From NCBI GenBank assembly GCA_963722735.1, contig CAVROH010000016.1, forward strand, positions 127,962 through 191,961: a stretch of 64,000 bases of DNA, read 5' to 3'. Each line of letters starts with the position of its first letter. The stretch's first letter is position 1. The DNA is from an uncultured Chloroflexia bacterium (GTDB taxonomy: Bacteria; Chloroflexota; Anaerolineae; Anaerolineales; UBA11579). The position numbers were made by a program, and so were the translations under genes. Below are positions 1-14,748 of this stretch, piece by piece. Below the pieces are notes generated by a model, which had not been told where the DNA came from, made no database searches, and saw only the letters and a program-made list of their open reading frames with translations.

Positions 1-1
1 C

Positions 2-1164
2 CAGCCCGCGCTGAAAGCGCTGCAATTGGGGTATGATGTCCTCCTGGAAAAACCCATGGCCCACCGCCTTGAGGACTGCATCTCACTGGTGCATGCAGCC
101 GAGAAGCACGGCCGTTTACTCCAGATCGCCCATGTGTTGCGCTATACCCGATTTCTTCCAGCAGGTCCACCAAATCGTCAACCGCGGCGACTTGGGGCAG
201 ATCATTACCGTCTCCCACCGGGAAAATGTCTCCTCCTGGCACATGGCGCACAGCTTCGTTCGTGGCAACTGGCGTCGCGAGGACATCTCCAGTCCTATGA
301 TCTTGGCAAAATCCTGCCATGATCTCGATATCCTGTACTGGATTCTCAACAGCCCGATCCAAACCCTCAGTTCCAGTGGCGGGCTGCGCCATTTTACCTC
401 GAAAAATGCACCTCCCGGAGCGCCGCAGCGGTGCCTGGACGGCTGTCCGGCCGCCGATACCTGCCCCTTTTACGCCCCAGCGCTCTACATGGACCTTGAG
501 CCGGTTTTCCAGGGGCTGGCCAACGCCCATGATCCGTTCATCCGTGTGACAAGCAAGCTCACCCGCCGCGCTCCGGGATTTGATGAGGACGGTCGGTAAA
601 GCTATACCCTCCCTCCGCCGATTAACCGATTACCAGGGTTGGCCGCGCTCGATCATCACCGACCAGCCAGGAGACGAAGCCAGCCTGCTCCAGGCCCTCA
701 AGACCGGGCCATACGGTCGCTGTGTCTACCATTGCGACAACGATGTCGTCGATCACCAGATCGTTTTGATGACCCTGGAGAACGGTGTCTTGGTCTCCTT
801 CACCATGCACGGCCACAGCCATGAAGAAGGCCGCACCATCCGCATTGATGGATCAGAAGCCACCTTGCTGGGCAAATTCAGTTGGAACAAAACCGTCATC
901 CAGGTACACGGCCACCGCAGCGGGAAAGTCCGCACCATCGAGTTGCCCAATAACATCGAGGAAGGCGGGCATGGCGGTGGAGACAATGGTTTAATGCAAG
1001 CCTTCGCCAATACTCTCAACGGGGAAACCCCCGACACCCTTACCGATGCCCGTTCCGCCCTGGAGAGCCACTTTCTGGCTTTTGCTGCCGAAGAAGCGAG
1101 ACTCGCCGGGACGGCCATCCAGATGGCAGACTTCAAAAAGAACGCTGAAAGCGCACGCCAATGA
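2..1164 (+). pseudogene. Gfo/Idh/MocA-family NAD(P)-dependent oxidoreductase; 5' end lies outside the window and the reading frame is broken twice
   Basis: Frame 2 from nt 2 reads QPALKALQLGYDVLLEKPMAHRLEDCISLVHAAEKHGRLLQIAHVLRYT. The protein continues in frame 3 (DFFQQVHQIVNRGDLGQIITVSHRENVSSWHMAHSFVRGNWR) after the CCC run at 147-149. It continues in frame 1 from ~585 (GPYGRCVYHCDNDVVDHQIVLMTLENG ... ALESHFLAFAAEEA). The stop overlaps the next start (ATGA at 1161-1164). Confidence 0.8.
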
Positions 1165-1907
1165 ACATCCTTCAACAAATAACAGATGGGCTAACGGACC
1201 GCAAAGTGGAAAGGATCTGTGTAGGGGCAAATTGGTCTGCGGTCGTGGTGGAAGCAGAGGGACAGCGCCGTTGCGGGTTGGCTTCCAATCCAGTCAAAGC
1301 ATTCGAATTGAATCAGGCTCAGCAGAAAACTATATCGGAATACGAGAAGCTAACCGCCCTGGAAGCAGCCCGGTTAGTTCTGGATCAGGACCCCGCCCTC
1401 TCCGGGGTCGGCATGGCAGCCATCAACGCCCTCCTGCCCCACACACCCGATCAATGGGTAGACGCCAACGCCGGGGATCTTATCGCCGCCAAGGGGAAAG
1501 GTAAACGCGTCGCTCTGATCGGCCATTTCCCTTTCGTGGAGGACCTCTGCCAGCGGGTCGGCCAACTGGATATCCTTGAACTCCGGCCGCGTGAAGGCGA
1601 CATCCCTGCAAGCTTTGCGCCTGAGATCATCCCCCAAGCAGATGTTGTCGCCATCACCAGTATGGCCTTCGTCAATGGCACCATGGACGGGCTGCTGGAG
1701 CTGTGCCAGCCGCACTCCTATGTCATCGTTCTCGGCCCAAGCACACCGCTCAATCCCCTGCTTTTCTCTGCCGGTGTTGATATGCTCGGCGGCAGTATCG
1801 TCGAGAAAATTGATCCCGTTTGTGACAGCATCCTCAATGGAGACAGCTTCCGGCAGGTCAAGAAGCACGGTGTTCGCCTGGTGGCTATCGAAAAGCCTGG
1901 AGATTGA
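1161..1907 (+). CDS. DUF364/DUF4213-type Rossmann-like protein (putative metal-chelation domain family)
   Basis: Intact 248-aa ORF, translationally coupled to the upstream gene. The pattern KRVALIGHFPF ... ADVVAITSMAFVNGTMDGLL ... VIVLGPSTPL matches my recollection of the DUF364 family. The assignment is family level only. Confidence 0.55.
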   Translation: MNILQQITDGLTDRKVERICVGANWSAVVVEAEGQRRCGLASNPVKAFELNQAQQKTISEYEKLTALEAARLVLDQDPALSGVGMAAINALLPHTPDQWVDANAGDLIAAKGKGKRVALIGHFPFVEDLCQRVGQLDILELRPREGDIPASFAPEIIPQADVVAITSMAFVNGTMDGLLELCQPHSYVIVLGPSTPLNPLLFSAGVDMLGGSIVEKIDPVCDSILNGDSFRQVKKHGVRLVAIEKPGD

Positions 1908-2137
1908 GCAAGAATCCTCGAACTTCCAATAAAAATACCTTAGAATATTCCTTTCCAATTTTCCATATACTTACTCGTACCGATCGTTCTGCGTCAGGAA
2001 AGAAAACCGTTTTAAGCGCCAACACAGGAACATTGCCATCAAATTATGTATTTTTATTTCATAGTGGCAAATTGAGATAAATAACTACGCCTCCTCGAAA
2101 ATCGAGAAGCGCTTTGACATCATTCTCCATATTAGGT

Positions 2138-3196
<1,059 letters not shown>

Positions 3197-3277
3197 CTCT
3201 CATTTCTGGATCATCGAACTCTCAATCGATTATACTCCAACACCCTGACCGAACCTCCTGCACCATACGAGAAACCT

Positions 3278-4837
3278 TCAGGAGATTTTCTCCGCCTTGG
3301 CAAGGATCTCGCCGACCTTTTCATACAATGGTTTGACCCGCTTGTACAATTTCTTGTAGATCTCCCGGTACAATTGGTCATAGATCGCCTGGTTTTTCGG
3401 GTCCGGCTCAAAGGTCTCACTCACCCGGGTCATCTCACCTACCGCCGTGGAAAAATCCGGATGCAGCCCTGTTGCCACCGCTCCGACAATTGCCGCTCCT
3501 AACCCCGAAGCCTCATACACATGCGGACGGGAAGCTGGCAGCCCGAAGATATCCGCGGTGATCTGCATCGCTGCCCGGCTCTGGCTGCCGCCTCCAGCCA
3601 CCCGAAGCGCCTTGATCGGCACCCCACTGCGTTTCACAGAACTCTCCGCCCCATCCCGCAGTGCGTAGGCAATCCCTTCAATGATCGCCCGGTAGATATG
3701 AGCGCGCGTATGCACATCTGAGAAGCCCACAATGCTGCCCCGCGCCTCCGGGTTGCGTAGGAATGGAGACCAGTATGGCTGCAGCACCAACCCATCAGAT
3801 CCCGGCGGGACGGCATCAGTCAGCTCATCGAACAGGTCCTCAGGCTCTATACCCTTCTCCCGGGCAATCCGTTCTTCCCTCAGGCCGAACTCCTGTTTGA
3901 ACCAGCTCACCATCCAATATCCCCGATTGACCTGTATCTCCAGGCTGTAATGCCCGGGCACTGCCGCCGGAAAAGGCGGAATCAGCGGGATCGGCTCGAT
4001 ATATTTCTTATGTGTGGTATTGATCGTTGCAGTGGTTCCATAACTCAGACAGGCAATATCCGGCTCCAGGCATCCCGCCCCCAACACTTCGCAGGCTTTG
4101 TCCGCCGCAGCCGAGATCAGCGCCAACCCCACCGGTAAACCGGTCGCATCGCTGGCTTCAGGCGTAATCTCGCCCAGGGTCTCGGTCGGAGGAATCAACT
4201 CGACCAGTTTCTCCTTGGTTACCGGTGCCGCAATCCATTTCCAGTCCCAGGGCTTGCACCAGGCTAGGTTCTTGTAATCGAAGGGGATGAACCCCACCTG
4301 TGCTCCGACGGAATCCACAAAGCGGCCGGTAAGTTTGAGGGTCAAATACCCGGAGAGGAACATATATTTATACGTCTGCTCCCAAATCTCTGGCTGGTTG
4401 CGGATCAACCAGTTCACCTCCGCCTCTGCCTGCAGGTACTTGACGGTTTGAGACATCCCCACCAAACCGAACGCCGCCCCCCACAGGCCGCCCACTGGCT
4501 TGAGTCCTTCAGTCCTGCGTTGATCCAGCCAGACAACTGCCGGACGGAGCGGCTTCCCATGCTTGTCCACATTCAGCAGAGTGCTTCTTTGGGTGGTCAG
4601 AACCACCGCTTTGATGCTATCCTTCTCCACACCGGGCTGCTGCCATAGCTGCTGGCAGGCTTCGCAAACCCCATTCCAGAATACATCCGGATCCTGTTCC
4701 GCCCATCCGGGCTGGGAGGAGGTATATGGCTCGATGAACACCTGGGACTTGACGAGCAGGTTACCTTGAGGATCGAATAACAGCGCCCGCACACTTTGCG
4801 TGCCGTGGTCAATTGAAAGGATCGTATCAGTCGTCAT
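3278..4837 (-). CDS. FGGY-family carbohydrate kinase (xylulokinase/ribulokinase-like)
   Basis: Intact 519-aa ORF. The N-terminus is [17 protein letters not shown] and the C-terminal half contains [23 protein letters not shown]. Both are typical FGGY kinase signatures. Confidence 0.85.
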   Translation of the reverse strand: MTTDTILSIDHGTQSVRALLFDPQGNLLVKSQVFIEPYTSSQPGWAEQDPDVFWNGVCEACQQLWQQPGVEKDSIKAVVLTTQRSTLLNVDKHGKPLRPAVVWLDQRRTEGLKPVGGLWGAAFGLVGMSQTVKYLQAEAEVNWLIRNQPEIWEQTYKYMFLSGYLTLKLTGRFVDSVGAQVGFIPFDYKNLAWCKPWDWKWIAAPVTKEKLVELIPPTETLGEITPEASDATGLPVGLALISAAADKACEVLGAGCLEPDIACLSYGTTATINTTHKKYIEPIPLIPPFPAAVPGHYSLEIQVNRGYWMVSWFKQEFGLREERIAREKGIEPEDLFDELTDAVPPGSDGLVLQPYWSPFLRNPEARGSIVGFSDVHTRAHIYRAIIEGIAYALRDGAESSVKRSGVPIKALRVAGGGSQSRAAMQITADIFGLPASRPHVYEASGLGAAIVGAVATGLHPDFSTAVGEMTRVSETFEPDPKNQAIYDQLYREIYKKLYKRVKPLYEKVGEILAKAEKIS

Positions 4838-4898
4838 CTCGCCTCCTCAGGTTCACCCTGCTTTCAGGAAATACAATTAACCTTGAACCACCGCCTCA

Positions 4899-5870
4899 TC
4901 ATTGCGACCACTCTGTCGGCGTCCGGTCCCAGCGGTGACCTTTCAATTTCGCCATCAGGGTATCCTCAAGCGGACCGGCATCACTGGTGGCAATGTTGGC
5001 CTGCACATGCCTCAGCTTCCGCATCCCCGGAATGATCGTGCTCACCGCGTCATTCCCCAGAATGAAGCGCATCGCAATCTCTGCCATCGTCATCCCAGCC
5101 GGCACCATTGGGCGCAAGGCATCCGCATGCGCCACGCTGGACTTCAGGTTGTCGGGGACGAAGTAAGTGCTGCGCCAGTCATCGTTAGGCCAGGTACTCT
5201 CAAGGGTGATATTCCCGGTCAGGGTCCCTTCATCGAAGGGTACCCGGGCGATCACCGCCACCTCCTGGGCCTCACACGCCGGAAAAAGCTCATCTTGCGG
5301 GTTCTGATCGAAGATATTGTAGATCACCTGCACAGCATCGATCAATCCGCTCTTCACCGCCCTGACGCCGTTCCACGGTTCCCAACGGTTGATGCTGATC
5401 CCCACCGCATTGACCAATCCCTCGGATTTTAGTTGGTCAATCTTCTTCGCCCAGCGCTCATCCTCTGTCCAGCTGTCTTCCCAGGTGTGGAACTGGATCA
5501 GATCCATCGAATCCAGCCCCATGTTCTCCAGACTCTTCTCCACATACTCCTGAATATGGTCTGGCGGGAAGCAATCATCCAAGGTGAATTCACGCCTGCT
5601 CGGCCAGATGAAATTCTTAGGCGGGATCTTGGTAGCTGTGTACAGCTTCTTCCCCGGATTGGCACGTACCAGGCTGCCCAGCAATCCCTCGCTGTGACCG
5701 GCTCCATAGCCCCAAGCGGTATCAAAGAAATTACACCCCAGATCGACTGCCGCCTGCAGGGAGGCCATCGACTGCTGATCATCAGACCCGGTCCAACCTC
5801 CCATCCCCCACATCCCAAATCCCACCTCGCCGACCTGCCAGCCTGTACGTCCAAATTTTCGGTACTTCAT
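4899..5870 (-). CDS. aldo/keto reductase
   Basis: The ORF read from the internal Met is MKYRKFGRTGWQVGEVGFGMWGMGGW ... DTAWGYGAGHSEGLLG, a canonical AKR N-terminus. I placed the start at the second ATG (5870) rather than at the ORF-track maximum of 5915. Confidence 0.85.
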   Translation of the reverse strand: MKYRKFGRTGWQVGEVGFGMWGMGGWTGSDDQQSMASLQAAVDLGCNFFDTAWGYGAGHSEGLLGSLVRANPGKKLYTATKIPPKNFIWPSRREFTLDDCFPPDHIQEYVEKSLENMGLDSMDLIQFHTWEDSWTEDERWAKKIDQLKSEGLVNAVGISINRWEPWNGVRAVKSGLIDAVQVIYNIFDQNPQDELFPACEAQEVAVIARVPFDEGTLTGNITLESTWPNDDWRSTYFVPDNLKSSVAHADALRPMVPAGMTMAEIAMRFILGNDAVSTIIPGMRKLRHVQANIATSDAGPLEDTLMAKLKGHRWDRTPTEWSQ

Positions 5871-5943
5871 CAAATCACCTCTCAAGAATCGTATTAATTT
5901 CTGCCACACCCTCAAATCCGATCATTCATCACAATACTAAGGA

Positions 5944-6982
5944 TCACATCGTCCTGGTCACTTTGGTCAAGCCGCGCGGCGATTCAGTATCGATCTTTCT
6001 AATCCGGGTCAGATGATAGCAGAACAACTGCGCCGCTATGATACTCACAATCGGGCTGATCCATTCAGGCATCCCCTCCGGCAACTTGAGGAACACATCC
6101 GCCCAACCCTCTGCCTCAGCCTGATTGGAGAGGATCAGCAAAGATGCCTGCTTCTGGTTCTTTAATCGCTCGACTACACTCACCAATTCAAGATAAACTG
6201 CCCCACCTGGCATAATTACCATCACCGGGAATTGGCGGTCCACCACCGCGATAGGTCCATGCAAGAAATCCGCAGATGAATATGGTTCCGCACTGATATA
6301 GGTCAATTCCTTTAACTTTTAACGCCCACTCAAAGGTGGTTGCGTAGTTGTAACCCCTCCCCAGCACAACGCAGGTCTCCATATAGTAATAGCGCATCAC
6401 TGCCTGGCTGATCAGACTCTCTAGCGCCAATACCTTGCGCATATAGCCTGGCAGCAGTTGAAGCTCCTCCCATCGCTGGTCATCTCCAGCCAAAGCTGTT
6501 GAAAGCATCGCAATACTTAACAACTGGGCGGAATAACTTTTGGTGGCCGCCACTGCCCTCTCTACCCCGGCGCGGATATCGATGACCTCATCCGAAGCGT
6601 GTGCCAGCGGGGAATCCGGCGCGTTGGTGATCGCCAAGGTCATGGCGCCTTGCTCGCGTCCGGCATCCACCACCCCGACGATATCCGGGGACATCCCCGA
6701 CTGTGAGATCCCCAGCACCATCGAACCGGCCAGGTTGACCGATTTTTTATAGATTCCGAAAATTGATGGCGCTGCCTGGGCGATTGCCATCCCGTTTTGG
6801 ATCCCAAACAGATACTTGGCATACAGTCCAGCATTATCCGAGGTGCCGCGGGCGGTCAGAAAGATATACTTGATTCCCTGCTCTTTGATCCTCCGGGCGA
6901 TCCTTTCGATCTGATCCCTTCCTTCCTTCAACAACTGTTCTCCAACTTCTGGCTGCTCAAAAATCTCATCCCGTAAACCCAT
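5944..6982 (-). CDS. double-SIS-domain sugar-phosphate isomerase/deglycase-like protein (GlmS C-terminal / AgaS / FrlB type) with one apparent frameshift near 6303
   Basis: MGLRDEIFEQPE ... FLTARGTSDNAG ... LGISQSGMSPD is the first SIS domain. The ORF 5944-6306 continues with YISAEPYSSADFLHGPIAVVD, the second SIS domain. The join TFEWALKVK/ELTYISAE needs removal of one base in AAAGGAATT. A GGAGGA sits 7 nt upstream of the ATG at 6982. Confidence 0.75.
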
Positions 6983-7060
6983 CGTCGAATCCTCCAACCA
7001 ATCGTTCTTCTCATATGAAGCCGTCGCCTCTATTGTACGATGAAACTCCATTTTCCATTC

Positions 7061-7099
7061 CCAGCAAAAAGAAAAGACCAGCGAGACTCTCGCTGGTCT
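7061..7099 (-). terminator. intrinsic terminator after the ABC ATPase gene
   Basis: An 11-bp perfect stem (AGACCAGCGAG / CTCGCTGGTCT, 7075-7085 and 7089-7099) with a 3-nt loop. On the minus strand it is followed by CTTTTCTTTTT. Confidence 0.75.
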
Positions 7100-7126
7100 T
7101 GATCTCATCTTCCTTCCAGCCGGTAC

Positions 7127-8671
7127 TTATCCAGTCACCCCGGCCATCAGCAAACCCAGCTTTTCCGGGGTTGCATCTGCCCGGTCGATCAAACCCATCA
7201 CTTCGCCTTCAAACAGCACCGCAATCCGGTCCGCCATCGCCATGATCTCATCCAGGTCTTCCGAGATCAGCATCGTGGCCGTACCCTCCTCACGCTGTTC
7301 CAGCAATCGCAGGTGGACATATTCTGTCGCCCCGATATCCAGTCCGCGGGTCGGCTGGGCAGCGATCAAGGTCGATGGTTTTCGCGAAATCTCTCGCGCC
7401 AGCACCAATTTTTGGATATTGCCGCCCGAGAGACTATTTGCTGCCGTTTCCTGGGATGGTGTTTTCACATTATAATCGGCTATTAATTTAGCCGAGTGTT
7501 CGGAGATCTTTTTAAGATTCAGGAACCCCTTGCTGGAGAATGGCATTTGATCATGCTCGCGCAGGATCAAATTCTCAGCGACAGTGAATTCCTTGATCAT
7601 CCCATCTTTCATCCGCTCTTCAGGGATATACGACAGGCTGCGCTGCATCATCTGTTTTGGCGTGAACCCTGTAACATCTTCATCTTCAAGAATGATCTTC
7701 CCGCTGGTGACTGGGCGCAAACCGGTGATCACCTCGGCCAATTCTTTCTGCCCATTCCCGGAAACCCCGGCAATCCCCAGAATCTCACCGGAACGCACAT
7801 CCAGGCTAACATTCGTCAAAGCCGGCGTGCCCCTCTCACTCAGCGTAGAGACGCCTTCCAGCACCAGACGTCTTTCCGTTGTATCTGTCTTGAGGCGCGA
7901 TTTGGTAATCCCCACTTCACGCCCAACCATCATCTCGGCCAGTTTATTTTTGGTCGCCCCTTTCGTCGGGATCGTTCCGATCATTTGTCCATCGCGCAGT
8001 ACCGATACCCGTTGACTGATTTCCAACACTTCGTGCAGCTTATGCGAGATGAAGATCAGGGCATGTCCGTCATCGATCATCTGCCGCATGGTTACAAAAA
8101 ATTCATCCACTTCTTGCGGGGTCAGCACCGCAGTAGGCTCATCCAGGATCAGTAGAGCCGCCCCCCGGTAAAGAGCCTTGATGATCTCTACCCGCTGCTG
8201 CTGGCCGACTGCCAACTGCCAGATGTACGCATTTGGATCCACCTGCAGACCATAGATCTCGGCTAGTTCATGGATCCGCTCGGTTACTTTATCCAGGTCG
8301 GTCAGTAAACCGCGCGAGGATGGCAGCCCCAGGGCTACATTCTCTGCCACGGTCAGCGACTCCACCAGCATGAAATGCTGGTGGATCATCCCGATCCCCA
8401 ACCCAATCGAATCGACGGGTGAATGAATCTCTACCTGCTTTCCATCCAGCTTCACATGTCCTTCCTCGGGCTGATAGAGACCGTAAAGAACCTTCATCAA
8501 GGTGGATTTCCCAGCGCCATTCTCGCCCAACAGCGCGTGGACTTCCCCCGCACGCACATCAAAATTCACCTTACTGTTAGCAATCACGCCAGGGAAGCGC
8601 TTGGTGATGTTGACCATCTCAAGCGAAGAGATCTGAGGTTTTCCGGAGGGAAGGGTTTTAGGTTCTGTCAT
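7127..8671 (-). CDS. ABC transporter ATP-binding protein with duplicated ATPase domains (sugar/nucleoside CUT2 type)
   Basis: Intact 514-aa ORF. It has Walker A GENGAGKST, the signature LSGGNIQK, and a second half containing GVSGNGQKELAE. Confidence 0.9.
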   Translation of the reverse strand: MTEPKTLPSGKPQISSLEMVNITKRFPGVIANSKVNFDVRAGEVHALLGENGAGKSTLMKVLYGLYQPEEGHVKLDGKQVEIHSPVDSIGLGIGMIHQHFMLVESLTVAENVALGLPSSRGLLTDLDKVTERIHELAEIYGLQVDPNAYIWQLAVGQQQRVEIIKALYRGAALLILDEPTAVLTPQEVDEFFVTMRQMIDDGHALIFISHKLHEVLEISQRVSVLRDGQMIGTIPTKGATKNKLAEMMVGREVGITKSRLKTDTTERRLVLEGVSTLSERGTPALTNVSLDVRSGEILGIAGVSGNGQKELAEVITGLRPVTSGKIILEDEDVTGFTPKQMMQRSLSYIPEERMKDGMIKEFTVAENLILREHDQMPFSSKGFLNLKKISEHSAKLIADYNVKTPSQETAANSLSGGNIQKLVLAREISRKPSTLIAAQPTRGLDIGATEYVHLRLLEQREEGTATMLISEDLDEIMAMADRIAVLFEGEVMGLIDRADATPEKLGLLMAGVTG

Positions 8672-8758
8672 CGCCGGTCACTTTCTAATACTCTGGTAGT
8701 TATGTTCAAAATGATTGCATGGGAGGCAGCGTTACACTGCCTCCCGGTGTTTCAAAAA

Positions 8759-9745
8759 TTATGGTAAAACTTTGATTGAGCCGTCCACAATGCCGTCGAT
8801 CGCTGCCTGGGCAGCGGCTTTGACGTCATCCGGCAAGGCATAGTCTGAATTGAATTCGACTTCCAACCCGCCGTTCGCTAGTGTGATCAGGAAGGATTGA
8901 CCGCCGTAGGTGCCACCATCGATCAGGGTGAGCATCTCTTTCAGGACCACTTCCCAGTGGTAGACCTGATTGGCAACCACGATGCTGGGCGCTAGAGAGG
9001 TCTGGCTGGACTGGGTACCAAACCAGAGCACACCGTTTTCCTCTGCCACACCAATCGCTCCGACCACCATCTGGGCAGTACCGGTCATCACATCCGCACC
9101 TGCGCCGATGTGGGTCTGGGCAGCCTCAGAGGCTAGGGCTACGTCTGAAAAGGAACCGATCCAGTTTGAATTCACCTGGGCATCACCGGTCGCGGCTACG
9201 CCGGCAGCGAAGCCATCTACATACAGCTTGGCATCGCCAGTCTCAATCGGGCCAACCACACCGATAAAGCCACTCTCAGAGAGCATCTCTGCCATCACGC
9301 CCATCACATAGCCGCCCTCTTCAGAGCGCGCTTCGTAGGCAAACACATTCGGCAGCCCAAAGGTGTCAACCGTGGTACCCCAGGCGAATGCGGTTTCCGC
9401 GAAGTCAGGGGCGATTTCCTGCAGTGAACTGCCGTATTGCGAACCATGCGCAATGATCAGGTTAAATCCCTGGCTGGCATAGTCGCGGATCGCGGCGGCG
9501 GCATCATCCACCACAAACATATTCTCGGAATAGACAAACTCAAACTTGTCGGCCCCGCGTTCCATCCGGATAGCCACCAGGGCATCATACATGGATTGGC
9601 TGAACGCCAGGTCGTTGATTGCACTCGGCATCACTACAGCTACGCGGAATACTTCGGGGGCCGCAGCCTCTTGCCCACCGCCGCAAGCCACAAGAAGCAC
9701 GGTAGCAACAGATAGCAGGACCAATAGTTTCAAAATCTTTTTCAT
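8759..9745 (-). CDS. BMP-family (PnrA/Med-like) ABC substrate-binding lipoprotein
   Basis: There is a lipobox LLVACGG after a signal peptide. The pattern VAVVMPSAINDLAFSQSMYDAL ... IIAHGSQYG is typical of basic-membrane-protein nucleoside/purine binders. Confidence 0.85.
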   Translation of the reverse strand: MKKILKLLVLLSVATVLLVACGGGQEAAAPEVFRVAVVMPSAINDLAFSQSMYDALVAIRMERGADKFEFVYSENMFVVDDAAAAIRDYASQGFNLIIAHGSQYGSSLQEIAPDFAETAFAWGTTVDTFGLPNVFAYEARSEEGGYVMGVMAEMLSESGFIGVVGPIETGDAKLYVDGFAAGVAATGDAQVNSNWIGSFSDVALASEAAQTHIGAGADVMTGTAQMVVGAIGVAEENGVLWFGTQSSQTSLAPSIVVANQVYHWEVVLKEMLTLIDGGTYGGQSFLITLANGGLEVEFNSDYALPDDVKAAAQAAIDGIVDGSIKVLP

Positions 9746-9817
9746 CTTTCTATCTTCTCCTAATTACTGGTGAGTAGTCTCGTAATCAAACGGATATTTT
9801 TGAGGTTGCCTCCTTTT

Positions 9818-10750
9818 CTAATGACCGCGCTCAAACGGTTTGCTAAGCGCTGAGGGCGGTCGAACCCTTTGAACTGTGATAACTAATGCAATAATGGTCA
9901 GCACGTAAGGCATCATCACGGCAAAATCGGATGGGATCGGGATATTCAGCACCTGTACCCATAACTGCAGTGAGTTGACCATCGAGAAAAGCAATGCGCC
10001 GCCCATCACCGCAAAGGGACGCCACCCGCCGAAGTAAACCAGTGCAACCGCAATGAAACCCAATCCGCTGGTCATATTTTGTTGGAAGACATTCAGCAAG
10101 GCAATCGAGAGGGAAGCCCCTGCCAGCCCTGACAGCGCACCGCCCAGTGAAACGGTGAAATACCGCACCCGGTTGACACTCACACCCAGCGAGTCAGCCG
10201 CTTCAGGCGATTCACCCACCGCTTTGATCTTCAAGCCCAGCGTGGTCTTATTTAATACAAACCAGGCCGCCACCACCATCAGGTAAGCCCCATACACCAA
10301 GACATTCTGGCTGAAGAAGATCTTGCCGACGATCGGGAGATCACTCAAAACCGGGATATTGATCGGGCGGAACCCACTTACCGTCTCCACAGTGCCGAGC
10401 ATCTTCTGGAACAGCAGGTCGCTCAGGCCAAGACCGAACAAGTAGAAACCGATCCCGCTGATCCCCTGCTCGGCCTGTAAATTGATACTCACGAAGGCCA
10501 TCGCCAGTCCCATGATCAGACCAGAGATGATAGCTGCCAGTACTCCCAGCCACAGATTGCCGGTGCTAAATGAAACGTAGAAGGCGGCAAACGCCCCAAT
10601 CAGCATCTGACCCTCCACCCCCAGATTCAACACCCCGCTGCGCTGGCTGAAAGTCTCGCCGATAGAGGCATACAGATATGGGGTCGCCAACCGGATACCG
10701 GAGGCCAGGATCCCCACAATGACCGCTTCAGTGAACAGGTTTCCAATCAT
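9818..10750 (-). CDS. ABC transporter permease (BMP/CUT2 type)
   Basis: 310-aa polytopic ORF whose start overlaps the upstream permease stop (10747-10750). The motif NLGVEGQMLIGAF is typical of this permease family. Confidence 0.85.
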   Translation of the reverse strand: MIGNLFTEAVIVGILASGIRLATPYLYASIGETFSQRSGVLNLGVEGQMLIGAFAAFYVSFSTGNLWLGVLAAIISGLIMGLAMAFVSINLQAEQGISGIGFYLFGLGLSDLLFQKMLGTVETVSGFRPINIPVLSDLPIVGKIFFSQNVLVYGAYLMVVAAWFVLNKTTLGLKIKAVGESPEAADSLGVSVNRVRYFTVSLGGALSGLAGASLSIALLNVFQQNMTSGLGFIAVALVYFGGWRPFAVMGGALLFSMVNSLQLWVQVLNIPIPSDFAVMMPYVLTIIALVITVQRVRPPSALSKPFERGH

Positions 10751-11916
10751 GATGCCTCCTCCTCTCCAACAGATCCGCCAGGTTCAGGCGGCGGATTAAT
10801 AGGCACCGGGTTTGATTCAATCGTTGCCTCCGTGCTTCGTTTTGCTTCGCGTCGGCGTCTCCAGATCTCGCTGCTGACCACAAAGATCACCACCAGACCA
10901 TTCAAAGCCGTGATCATAGCCGAAGGAACCTGGACCACACGCTGCATCTTATTTGCGCCAACAAGCAGAGCACCAAACAAGAAGGATGCCGGGATCGTTC
11001 CCAAGGGGTGCAGTTGCCCAAACAAGGCAGCCACGATCCCGTTGAACCCGGCGCTCCCGGTAAACCCGGTCGCCGATCCATCCGTGATCATACGGTGATT
11101 AACTCCAAATACCTGCACCGCTCCTGCCAGGCCCGCAAACGCCCCGCTGAGCAGCAGTGCCAGCACCACCTGCTTCTTCACGTCAATCCCGGCATAGCGG
11201 GAAGCATGCGGATTTTCTCCAACTGCTCTGATCCGATACCCGATCGTCGTCCGCCAGAGCAGAATATAAACCGCCACAGCCAGAACTACGGCAATCAAAG
11301 CGCCAAGGTGTAATCGGGTGGGGATTAGTCTGGGGAGGTCAAACGCCAGCGCCAGACGGGCAGTCTGCGGGATCTGAGAGTCTCGATCAGCCATAACCGG
11401 ATCAATCATCGGTCCGGCCAGCATGAAGTTCATTAGCTGGACGGCGATGGCGTTCATCATGATCGTGCTCAGGATCTCATTGACCCCAAAATAAGCCTTC
11501 AATGCACCTGGGATCCCACCCCAGAGCGCTCCGCCCAGAAATCCCATGACCATCGCCATGGTGATCATCACAATACCCGGCCATTCCGGAAAAGCCAGAC
11601 CGAGTGCGGTTGCGGCAAGCGCCCCGATGATCATCTGTCCCTCGCCGCCGATATTGATCACATTACCGCGAAACGAGATGCAGATCCCCAGTCCAACCAG
11701 CAGCAAGGGAGTCGCCTTGACAACCGTATCTGCCAGCGCATTAGGGCTGCCAAAAGCCCCCTCCAGGAGCGCACCGAAGGCTTCAAGCGGATTAGCGCCT
11801 AACAGGATCAACATCACCGCCCCCACAGCAAGCGCTGCCAGCACAGCAAAAACAGGCAGCAATGCATCCATAATCTTCGACATCACCTCAGATTGACGTC
11901 TTCTCTCCATAAGCAA
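10747..11916 (-). CDS. ABC transporter permease with a charged Pro/Glu-rich C-terminal tail
   Basis: Polytopic ORF with the motif INIGGEGQMIIGA. The start could also be the ATG at 11883 (MSKIMD). The tail reads RRRREAKRSTEATIESNPVPINPPPEPGGSVGEEEAS. Confidence 0.85.
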   Translation of the reverse strand: MLMERRRQSEVMSKIMDALLPVFAVLAALAVGAVMLILLGANPLEAFGALLEGAFGSPNALADTVVKATPLLLVGLGICISFRGNVINIGGEGQMIIGALAATALGLAFPEWPGIVMITMAMVMGFLGGALWGGIPGALKAYFGVNEILSTIMMNAIAVQLMNFMLAGPMIDPVMADRDSQIPQTARLALAFDLPRLIPTRLHLGALIAVVLAVAVYILLWRTTIGYRIRAVGENPHASRYAGIDVKKQVVLALLLSGAFAGLAGAVQVFGVNHRMITDGSATGFTGSAGFNGIVAALFGQLHPLGTIPASFLFGALLVGANKMQRVVQVPSAMITALNGLVVIFVVSSEIWRRRREAKRSTEATIESNPVPINPPPEPGGSVGEEEAS

Positions 11917-11951
11917 ACCTTCCTTGTGCTATTCAACTGTGATTGTTGATC

Positions 11952-14744
<2,793 letters not shown>

Positions 14745-14748
<4 letters not shown>

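Noticed and set aside
7072-7086. A 15-nt identity (AAAAGACCAGCGAGA) between the terminators at 7072-7086 and 28322-28336, considered as a repeat family
   Set aside because: With about 2e9 position pairs in 64 kb and 4^15 of about 1e9, one or two 15-mer matches are expected by chance. The stems diverge after the shared part.
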